From Saccostrea echinata (Eukaryota): a stretch of DNA of 64,000 bases. The notes under the pieces are model-generated. The model was not told the origin of the DNA. It did not search any database and was given only the letters and a program-made list of their open reading frames with translations. The DNA lies in NCBI RefSeq assembly GCF_033153115.1, contig NW_026889774.1:7440001-7504000 (forward strand), read 5' to 3'. The position numbers and the translations under genes were made by a program. Of the stretch, positions 39,201-51,200 are shown one piece after another (the first letter of the stretch is position 1; every line of letters begins with the position of its first letter).

Positions 39201-42200
39201 GTCTTAAACTCTTGGGTGAAGACTTTGATGCATTAGATATTGATGTTCTAGATGACTTGACATCCTCAAAATCAACAGATAGTTTCCTTCTTCCTCCAAG
39301 TATTGGTGAACTTGTGACACTAGATGTTTGTTTACCAAATCCTTCCTCCATGCTACTTAGCCTTGACACCAGGCTACGAGTTTCAGATATTGGACTGGTG
39401 AGAGAATCTTGTTGAAATGTATCTGATCCAGGACTAACTGTCTTGTCCGAAGAGTCTGTTTTCACTGAATCTACTTGATCTTTAGTCCCAATATCACTAG
39501 CTTGGTCATGATCCACTTTACTTACAGTAGGTGTGGAGCCAGCTTGACCGAGGCTCAAAGAGGGATCTTCTATCACAGTTATATTAGTTCCTGGGGATTC
39601 TGGAGTTAACATGTCACTCATGTAACCTCTGGTGAAAGTGAAATTCTTACATGGTGAAAGTTCCCCATTATTGGGTAGAACTTCAAATACCAGCTTGTCT
39701 CTGACTAATAAACTCTGTCCAAAACCTGGATCTTGCCCCTGAGGAGAAACCTGAAGGATTGCCCTGGAAGATGGATCTTTGGATTTTCTATGACTGAAAA
39801 ATCCTACACCATTTCTATTACTTCCAAAGAAAACACATCCTCCATGACACCCACACTTGCCCACAACAGTCGGCTGAACTTTCAGTTCACTTACTGGCCA
39901 AAGAAACCACAATCTTTTTGTTTTTTTGTCATGAATCCTCAAGAATTTGTCTTGAAGAGCATGGAAGTCTGGATTAGGTAGAGCCATAGCAGCCTCAGCA
40001 TCTAAAGGTCCAAATATTAAACTTCCAGACTCCAGCCAAAGTTCTGGATGGGATTCATCGGTTTTGAGGACAGCGGATGAGATGAACTGCCGCAGTGAAA
40101 AATTTTCTATTCTCCCTGTAATGCCTGCTCTTGTGTTGGTACCATGTAAGTTACAGGTGGACAGTTTCACTGTACTGACCTAAAAAAAAAGAACAAACAT
40201 AAGTAATGCCTATACATACATGTACATGTATCTTAACTTATTCATTATATACAATGTACATTATTATGTATATGTATCAAGTACATATAGGTTCAATGTA
40301 AATTAACCATCCATGTGATGCCTTTCATATAATACTGTACTAACTGAAATCTCAAATTTATTAAAGACAAGTTGAGTTTTATGCACAATAAAAGAAATCA
40401 TTCTTAAAAAAGGACATTATTATGCTGCAACTGACCTGGACATTTAGGGCAGTCCCAGTCTCTACCAGGCAGAAGTTGACAGAGTCTAGGGATACTCTGA
40501 CCATCTGGTATTTGATCTCTTCTGAGGTTGGACAAAGGAAATTGTACTGAGGCAGCATTCGACACTGGGGCTGGGGTAGCATGTGTTGACAGAATCTGTA
40601 AGGGACAGACCTCTCCATGCAATTCTCTGGATCCTCCACCAGCATGATGAATGTTTGTATAAACTCTATCAGATTCTGGAGCTATATCAATGATAATAGG
40701 GAAATAAATACAGTATATAAAATTTATGCAAATCTATCAATTTTTTAACAGTATTACATGACAATTAAATGTTCATTTTCATTAGATAAACACAGATTAA
40801 AATACATTGTATAAAATTCAAAATCCTTGTAAATTGAGAACCCTTAAAGAGACACATATAGATTGCTAAAAAACATAACTTAGTCCATTTTATATTTGCT
40901 TAAAAAAAAAAAAAGAGATGCTAAATTCATTAAAGATTAATAATTCTTTGTTTCAATAAAAAAAAAATATTCATATGAAGAAAGTGAGATAAAATTTACC
41001 TGAGGAGAAGTGAGCTTCCCAGTCAGGTCACCAATAATGGCCTCTACTAACCAACCATACTCTAAGGTCTCACTGTCCAGGGGCAAGCCCTCATGGGAAA
41101 ACATGGCATGACCTCTGACCTGTAACCCTGACAACCCAAGGTGACCTTCATTTAGATGCTTTGCCCCATTATCCCTCTGAAACAAAATGATGTAGCTTAG
41201 CTCAGTAACAGAGTAAATCTTAAAGAATCCACTGAAAATACCAATTTTGTAACTCATTCAAATACATGTATTGTGTGTGTATCAAATCCAAACATCAAAT
41301 CAATTCAATACAGTATAGCTGTATATTTTTACTAATCAAAATTCTTGCTAACTGCTGCAAATACTGCTGGATAATAGAAATGTTGAATTATGAACAAGTG
41401 TTCTATGTAATTTGTCTGTAAGTTCACTGTGCTGACCCATATAGCAAGAAACTGTGCTTGACTGCAAGTTCATTGTCTTACCTGGAATGTGTCCTTTGCA
41501 ATAAGGATTGCTGGAGACAAGAGAAGTTGTAGTTTTGTTTCCTTGTAAGCCTTGTCCATCTCAAAGCAGAGCCTCTCCAACATGATGCTTGGACAAGGCA
41601 AACTATCAACATTACAGTTCTACAAAGATATTAACTTTTGTTTATTTCTCAAGTTTCAGATGTTCATTTTGACAAATTTTTAATGAATGCACACTACATT
41701 TATGTCACTCAATGCATCTAATAAATATCACATATAATTTTTTCACATGACTATCCATCAAAGATTCATTATTGCATTGCAGAACAAGGAAAGATAGCAA
41801 TTATATTGCTGCAACTGTTATATAAAATATTGTACAAACCCCGTTATCTCGAACTCGATAGGACAGAGAAAAAACTTTGGGATATCCAAGGATTCCATAT
41901 ATTTAGGGTAAAATACTAAGAAAAAGTGGTTGGGATTTCCAAATCATTTTGGCATTTCCATGGTATCTGAGATATCGGTGTTTGAGATACCAAAGTTCTA
42001 CTCTATATGACTACAAAATCAATTCAGGATTACATAATTATATATGTACCTTCACCAGATGTCCGTGAACATCATGTATAGCTAGAGACACAGTGACAGC
42101 AAAGGGACGGTAGTATCTCTCATCAAATGGCCCTGGTAAATCACACTCCTCTACAAACAGGGGACCCACATTCCCCAGTCCCTCTTTTCCTGGGGTCTGG

Positions 42201-45200
42201 GAGCCATCCTCAAAATCTGTAAATTTCTGATCCTCTCCTAAATAATTTTCCTGCAAAACAAATAATACTCATATATGCTATCATTACAATTAAATATTGT
42301 TCATTACTTCGAAAAAATACTACCTATGTCAAATTTTTACCGTAACAGTATTATCAAAGTATGTTGACAATTTAAGTTAGTTACATGTATGGCATGTATT
42401 TCAAATATTGTGTGTTCATCAAATGTCTGTCTTCTAATTGAGAGGAAAATAAAAAAAAAGACAAATAAATTCAAAACCTTGACATGAAGGAAATTTCTTA
42501 GAAGTGAACCATAAACACAAAGCATGGAAGGTGCTACTTCTAGTTCCACTGCAATCAAGTCTGATTCCATCTCCCCAGGGTCAAAGTTATCCGGTGGCTG
42601 AGGGTGAAGGTATTTGGAGGGACGAAGGGGGGCCAAAAGGGACTCCTCATCCCCAGACTGGGGGACTTGTTGTAGTAGAACAGGCATGGGATGATAGGTA
42701 TAACCAATACTGATGGCAACATTAGAGGTGGTCCAACAGTCAATCCAACCATCACTGTCAATGAGATGATAATCCTTAGAATAAAACTTACAAGTGCCAT
42801 TCTAAAACTACTTTGAATTCATTGTTGCTAGACTGACAGGAAGAATTCTCAAATTCTTTTTTCAGATGTGCTGTGATCTGGCTTATACAACTGTGCCAAC
42901 TGCTTATGAAGGATTGTAAACATATCATGAGTTTCACTATCGAATTGCAGATTCATTTGGGCACCAGCAGTATTTAATATTGGAAGTTTGATTTTACTCT
43001 AATTACATATGTAAATCTTCTGATTCCTCTTACACACCCAAACACAGTTACTACCAGTATATAGGATCTTATCAAATCCCTTTTTTTAATCTTTCACAGC
43101 CATTAACATACATACATAATACATACATACAGTGTATATACATGTACATACATATAGTCATATAACTTTGTTCAAAAGAGATCATCACTTGTACAAGTAA
43201 CATAGAGTTTGAACCTTTTATAATCTTTCCATCTCATTTTACCTGGCCTGTGTCATTCTTCTCCATTGCTTTTTCTTTGTTCCAAATGGATCTTCTATGA
43301 TCTGTCCATTACGATCCATCAGTTTCATGTTTTTAGACAGAGCTAGTAAAACATGGCGACTGGTGTTGTTTTCTGGTAGATACAGGCGACAAAATGCCGT
43401 TTCTCCCTAAAACACAAAGACAACAAGTTGAAAACCATTTTAAAAAGGAAATTTTCAGTACATGTATATTTAACATGATTGTTCATATAGGGAATCAATC
43501 TTTCGTAACTCAAATTTAATAAAAGTATTCCATACAATGGCATTATGAGGGAACAGTTTGTTTTAATATCATAATTTAAGCAATTAATTTTCAAAATATT
43601 TTGCTACAGTAACTAATGTTTGTGAAAAACATCTTAATCTTTTTAAATCAGGAAGTTGTATATCCTTAGAAAGCATACAAGAAGTGCAACAAAAACCACA
43701 CTTCCAACACAAACATACCTTGAAGACTAGTCCAACATGGACTGTTTCTGGTAGGAAGTCATCATAAGGCAGAATCAGAGACATGTCCAGCAGGTCACCA
43801 CAGAAAGCGATGTGAGCTAAAATCACAAAACACACAATTGTTAGCATGTACAAAATACATAAGGCCTAATAGTTTATATTTGCTATAAATTTTATTCTCT
43901 TAAACCATTTTCACAAATCTCCTATGTTGATACCAGTAACTGACCATTTTCTGGTTGATGAGATGAGGTGTCAATCCAGTTGTATTCATTGGTCAGTAAA
44001 ATCAGCTCAAACTCTTTTATCTGTAGGTTTATGGTCCAGGTGTAGGGCACAAAATGATAAATGTCAGGGACGGTCTTCACCGACCAATCATTGATCAGGT
44101 CTGTTAGGGTGTAAACAAAATTCAAAAGATAACAAAAGTACTCACAATCCTATCCTTCCCAACCCCCCAACTTAATTTTTTCATACAAGTATTTTATTTT
44201 TCTTAAATTATTCTCATATACATGTATAAAGTTTTTGTTTGTTCCTATATACTGGCATATATACAGTCAACCTTGTTATCTCATATTCTATGGGAATGAC
44301 AAAAACTATGACATATCCAAGGATGTGAGATATTGGGGTTGAAATATGTAAATTTAAAGTGGTTTGGACACACAATTCACTTTGACATGTATACATGTTA
44401 TTCAAGATATCAAAGTTCTAGATACTGAGGTTCAACTGTATATTATACATGTATATACATGTACATTGTACAATCATACATTTCTTTTAATCATAAAGCT
44501 GAATGAAATAACCTTATTGTAAGTGTAACTTTCTTATTATAAAATATTTATCAAATGTAAATGTACATACCAGTGAAGAAATGTTTGTGTTCGAATATCA
44601 GACAGACAGTAGTTTTACAGGCAATGAAGTCACAGGTCCAATCCTGATGGCCATTCCAAGTTATTGGGTAAAATGCTTTTACTGTGAACTAAAAAAAACA
44701 CAAATATTTTTCTAATATTCCAGAAAAAAGAACCCTAATTTTCATTTTTATATGTTCTCTAGCTAGCTGTATAATAAAATTAGTTATATGTAACTGGCCA
44801 CAAACTCATGATAAAATCTTGATTATCTAAACAAATCATAATGATAATAAGCATATTACATGTAACTCCAGTCCTTTCAAAGCTAAAAATTTGTGGTTTT
44901 AGTCAACTATAATACTGTAGATGTACCTCAAATGTTTCACACTCCACCAGTGACCTGTATTGAAGACTGGTAGTGGCATCCACGAGAAGTAGCTGACCAT
45001 GAACTGTGGTGGTGTAACCCTCAGGACTGGTGACCCAGGGAACTGTGACCTCAATATATGACCCCTGACCTGTGCCCATGTGAATTGCCTGGGTTTCCTG
45101 TTTGAAGAAACCATCAACATTTTTTAAAACATGAAAAAAAATTCAATACTGTCATTTTTTTTCTTTCCAAATGAATAAAATTAAAGAATCCGTCCCTTTC

Positions 45201-48200
45201 CCTTCATTGCAAAGAATTCTTTGTTTAAGAAATTAAAAGTATGGTTTATTTTGTTAATTAAAATAAGACTCACGGAGTCTTTTGTGAATAGAATGTCCAC
45301 AGTGGAGGTCTGCATTAGGTTAATCATGAACTCAAATTTCTTATAGTTTCTGTATTCCCCTGGTTTGGCCTCTTCTGTTGGCACCATGTCTTGATAGTCA
45401 GCTGGATAGAAAAACTTCCACAGCAACTCCCTGTAAAAATACAGCCCAGCATAAGGTCTCTATTACATTAATCCTTTTTTTTCCATTGGCATGTATTAAA
45501 TCCAACCTTGTCAAAATTAAAATATAATGTTAAACAAAATTACTTTCAAAATAATGTCTCTTCTGTGGTACCTTATAAAATACAGACTAACATCAAGTTC
45601 TGTTTAAATACAGTTTAATATCCAGTTTAAAATTACAGTCTAAATTTAGTCTCAAATCAAACAGAATATAAACCAATGTTCCACATCAAAATAGCTCAAC
45701 AGTAATTACCATCCCTATTATTAAAACAAAATCAAACCATCTGTTCCAGTCAAAAATACAGCCCAACTTACACAGCAATTAAGCTTAACCTTGTTGCATT
45801 TTAAACTTACATATCACAATCTACATTCCCTCATTTTCTAAAAGATATACATTGTCTCACAATTAAATATCAAGAAAAAAACCATATTCATTAAAATGAA
45901 TTTTGTTACAACTATTCCATTAAATATTTGCTTTTGTCAAATTCACCAAAATTGAAAAGTTGTCTACTTGAATATCATACCTTTGTTTATCTACCCATGG
46001 ACCATAGTTAATGTCTGTATTTTTTCCACATTTGACATCCATTCCAAGACAAGGATAAGTCCTGCGAACAACAGTCTCTCCATCAGCTAGCTCTACGCTC
46101 TCTGGTTCATAAGGAACAATACCTACAAAAAAAAAAAATTTTATGTACAGAAGACCTTCAGATATCCGGACGCCAAATATCCAGACGCTTCAGCTTCTGG
46201 ATGCTTTTTTCTCAGAGCTATATGGAAAACATGGAGAATATGGCATTTGCCATTTAATTCAAATGCTGTTATAGAAAAATATATGACAACATGTAGATAA
46301 TATTTTTAACAAATACCTGGTTCATCCATATAAAAATGTACATCTATCTTTCTAGTCTGTAGAACAATAAATCCTTCTCCCATGTACCGAGGTGCTCTAC
46401 AATTAATTAGAAAGAATTTTAAAGAAAGCTAAGAAAGAAGATAGTGCAGAATCTATTTCAATATATCCTAGTTTCATCTATCATGTTCATGTACAGGCAT
46501 CTTGATACAGTACTGTAAATTTATTATAAGTATCATTGAAAATCAAGTAGACTGCTAGGACCAGTAAACATCGCTGTACATATCCTTATTCATGAAATTT
46601 TTTTAATCTATACATCTGTTCTTTTAATTTTCAAGTACATGTATAAATTTACATTCAGTAAGAACTCTAAAAGATCAAAAGAGAGTTCAAACTGTGTAGA
46701 AGACTTACTCATCAAGTGGCCCTGTGTATTTGTTACTTTGTACAAACATGAGTTTAAAATTCTCTGCTCTACCAATGGCATCATGCATAAACTGGTCAAA
46801 CGGGGTGGAGGCTGGCTTTGTAGTGTAGGTGAAATGTCCATCCTCAAAACTGAATATCAGTGAGTGGGGAACTAGGTGATTTCCAAAAATAATTCTTCCC
46901 TGTAAAACACAAATTTTTTTTAAAGTCATTTTTTTCTGACTGCAAAATTTTCAATAATTGCTTTTTTTATGCCACTTTGCCATTAAACTTCATTCATATG
47001 GCACAAAAACAATGACATCAATTTTGAAAGAGAAAATTCATAAAGATATCATGAATTTAGTTAAAATCTTAACGAAATAATGTCTAATTGTGAAAGTTAC
47101 TTCATAATAATTTGATGCAACTATCACTTAAGATATCAGTCACTTTTGTTCATTGTATTCAATATTCAACAAAAATGAGGTTTGAAATATCAAAACTTAG
47201 GGTTTTGCACAAATGCCAGACTTGCTTAATGTGCATAGACTTACCGACGACATTTCTACTTTGATTACTGGTATGAGATCTCTCCAGTTTACATTTGATA
47301 ACCCTGAGCCACTGGAATTCAAATACAAACATCATCAATATATTATCTCACATTTTGTTGTCAATTTCAATTTTATACCTTAATCTTAAAAAAAAAAATC
47401 TGAAGTTATCACTCAATCATCTGATTATTGTGTGTACTTCCCTAAACAAATATTTTTATTATAAAAGATATAAAATCTATGTTCAGTACATAGACAAGAT
47501 AAAGTACTAAAAAAAGATTATTCATGTACAATGGACATAAACACAAAAGTCATGTAACCATCGATTAATTCTGTATTTGGCAAATATAAACTCAATTTTT
47601 TTTTTATCATTGTTAATGGTACTTTTGTAACAGCTGTACACAAAATGCACATTAACATGCAACATTTATGTATTTTCAATAGGGAAAAAAGTCAATAGTG
47701 TTGGTTTTATCAACAGGTCTGAGGAAACTAAAATTATTCACTTGTTTTTGGAAATGGGAACTTCCTGCACTGGGTCACTTAAATCTGCAGTACCATCAAA
47801 TAATTTATCAAGTCTGTCATATGTGCCTGTTTTATTGTAGACGTGAACTTGGAAGCCATCTAAAAACATCTGAACCCTTGTTTCCATATGTGATAAATCT
47901 GAAAAAAAAGACATTGACCTTTAAGTACTTCTGCAAATATATAAAATATAATTTCCAGCACAAACTGTGCAATATATGCACTATTTGTTACTAACAGGAA
48001 AATTTTATAAAAACAGGAAAATTTAACAGACAATGAATTGATGCATAAAACCACCGATGTAAATGCACAATTTTATAATTATATGCCATGGCAAGCTTCT
48101 TAACATATGTTAATTAATTTACAAAGGAACTTCTGAACAATTCAACATACAAGTACTTGTAAATTAACATACCTTCATTAAGATCTTTTGGGATATACTT

Positions 48201-51200
48201 CTGCCACCATTTAAAAATAATCCATCCATACTGTATCCGTACAGAGAAATCCTCCGTTATGTAATGGAAATCTCGCAGCATAATTTTCCCAGACAACACA
48301 GAGAAGGAAAATGATCCTAAAAAGTTTCATAAACAAGGATTAAAGATTGATTAAATTTTTTATATTATGTTTTATAGCTCAAAGCATATATCTGATAGGA
48401 TTCCATTTAATGAATACACGTACATGTATATATAGAGGATATTCAATGTTTTTTAGTTGGATATGGAATTTATTTCACGAGTGGGACAGGATTTTTTGAT
48501 ATTTTCACGAGTGCGAAGCACGAGTGAAAATATAAAAAAAAATCCTGTTACACGAGTGAAATAAATTCCATATCCAACTAAAAAATATTGAATTTTCTGT
48601 TTATTACATTTTCTTTGATTTTCTCTTTGCCTCTGACTTATCTTAACACTGTGCCATAGGCTGTGACGTCATAGTTGAGACGACATAGTTAAGGAATTGT
48701 GAGATTGAAAACATTGTAACATGGATTTTAGCAACATATTTGGGAAAAATTGGCAGTTTTAGTCTCTATCAAGAGGTTTAGTTTACTATCTCTATCTTAT
48801 GATGGGCCAGAAATCATTTTTTATTTACTTTGATATCCATTCACACTGTGAGAGAATATCACTTTAGTATCCTTTCACACTGTGAGAGAATAACACTTTT
48901 ATTCAATAAATAAATCACAGTATTTCACTGTTGAAAATGTGATAAAATATTATAAAGAAGTGTTGTGTTGTCATTAGTTTATTATCCAACATATGATTTC
49001 CTTCTACTCTTTCTCATTGTTTTTGTATGATATTGCATGTATATACATGTATAAGATCCTTAACTAATTCTTTGATTTAAAAAATAATCAAAAAAAAAAT
49101 ATATATATTGATTATCATTCTTAGAGTTAACTGTAAAATCTTATTTCTCTTCAACAACTTTCACAACAGTTTATTTTATAAAGACATGAACTTTCACTTA
49201 TATATATATAAAAAGTTCATAATCATTTTAATTCTGTGAATCATTTGCAACCCACAGATATTTCTCAGCCAAAACCATTTTTTAAATATAATTTATTGTG
49301 CACTTAGCATAATTCAGAAATTTCCCTGATTACAGTAAATCATGCAGGTTTCACAAAGGACCAAATATTTGTCTAGCAACTATAAATTTAGAAATTAAAT
49401 GATTTTCTACACTTGTATTTTAAAAAATAAATATTCAGAGACTGGGTGTGGCCTTTACAAACAATCTCATTGTCAGTATTTATCCAAAGTCTGTATCCCT
49501 TTATTTATGACAATTGATTTATTTTACACACTTTAAACCTGACCAAGATAATACAGAAAGAATGATGTTATCATAATATTTAGATAATCATTACAACACT
49601 TTTCGGCAATTTTTTTTTTCAAATGCTCTAATTTACCCAAGTTCGACCTTACAGCAACAAAAACTAGGTGGACCAAACAGGGTCTAAATGAAAATTTACA
49701 AATCATATCAAAACCATGGCAAAAGGCCTCCTAACCCCCTTCTCTTCCATAAATTGGGCCTTTACAATGTAGATTTTACCAAAGGCCTAAATGGGATATT
49801 TGTTATTTCCAGTATATGCATGCAATCCTACAGTACAGCACAAAGTATAATTTGGAGAATTTTATTGTATGTTATCTTGGAAAATTGTTATGCTACCTGC
49901 AGGTGAAAATTGTCACCTGTTTTACTCCATTCACCATACATGCCAACTTTCCCTATTTAGGTGGGATCCTCCATATTTTACCCTATGATCCTGCTTCCAT
50001 AAAGCAAAGTTGCCCTAATATACCGATTTGAAAAATTTCACCCCTGACAAAGAGCACACAGTGGGTGTGACAGGTTGGCAGGGGATGCTCACTCCTCCAT
50101 GGCACCTGATCCCACCTCTGTTTTTGGAGGTCTGTGTTTGTTCTGCTCCCGATTTGTATTGTTTTAATGGACTTTTAGCTTGAATACTCTTCATTATCTC
50201 CATATTTCATTTTCACCCTAAAATTTCTGAGTTTAATTTCAAATATTTACATTTGCAAATGTTTTCTCTTATATAACACTATTTGAACAAGGCGTTTTTA
50301 CACCTGTGTAAAACACGTTCGTCATGTGATCATAAATTGATTGTTTAGTCATAAACGATCTACGTAATTTCATAGTGATGTCATAAGTGATCGACATGTT
50401 CAACACATTCGATTTAAACCGTTGAGTTTTGAAAAAAATAAATCATTTATGAGTTTAAAACTTTAGTACCTTACTATTTGTAATAAATCAGTCACAAATG
50501 TAAATATAAGTAGTAAGGTATCATTTTAAATGTTTTATCGGGATGTAAATACGAGTTGGCATGTGATCAAATCTACCATAAAGCCCTTCGGGCTTTATGA
50601 GATTTGATCACATGACCAACCCGTATTTACATTCCGATAAAACTTTTAAAATGATACCTTTTTTCTTAAAAAATACATGGGATTAACATTTATACCGTGT
50701 ATTACATGTATTACAAAATGTTGCAAATTTAAAGCTTTGAAAATTGTTGTTACGTGCAAAATCCTCCACGGGGATTTTTAAAAGTTGGCATGTATGATTC
50801 AGACCTACTCGAACAGATTAGGTGAATTGGACAACTGCCATGGTATCACTTGAAAAATATCTGGCCACCAAGTATTACATTTGAAGAACACAAAAATAAA
50901 GAATAGAAATCCAATTGATAATGGCTACGTGCATGAGCTTGAACTATGATTTTTTTTAAATGTCACTTGCCTGAATAAAGGTGCTTATTAAAAATTCAAT
51001 ATTATACACCTATTAACTGGCTATGAGGACAATAGCAAGTTAATCATCCCCCAAGACAGCGACTTTTTCCTGAGGCGCAGCTGAGGGAAATAGTTGCTGT
51101 CGAGGGGGATGATAAACTTGCTATTGTCAGAATAGTCAATAAATAGGTGTTTTATTATACAGAAGCCGACTTTACTTAATTTGTTACGTCACAAACCAGA

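Noticed and set aside
33153-39981. Plus-strand ORFs overlapping the large BLTP1 exons
   Set aside because: Antisense shadows of coding exons with no independent coding signal.
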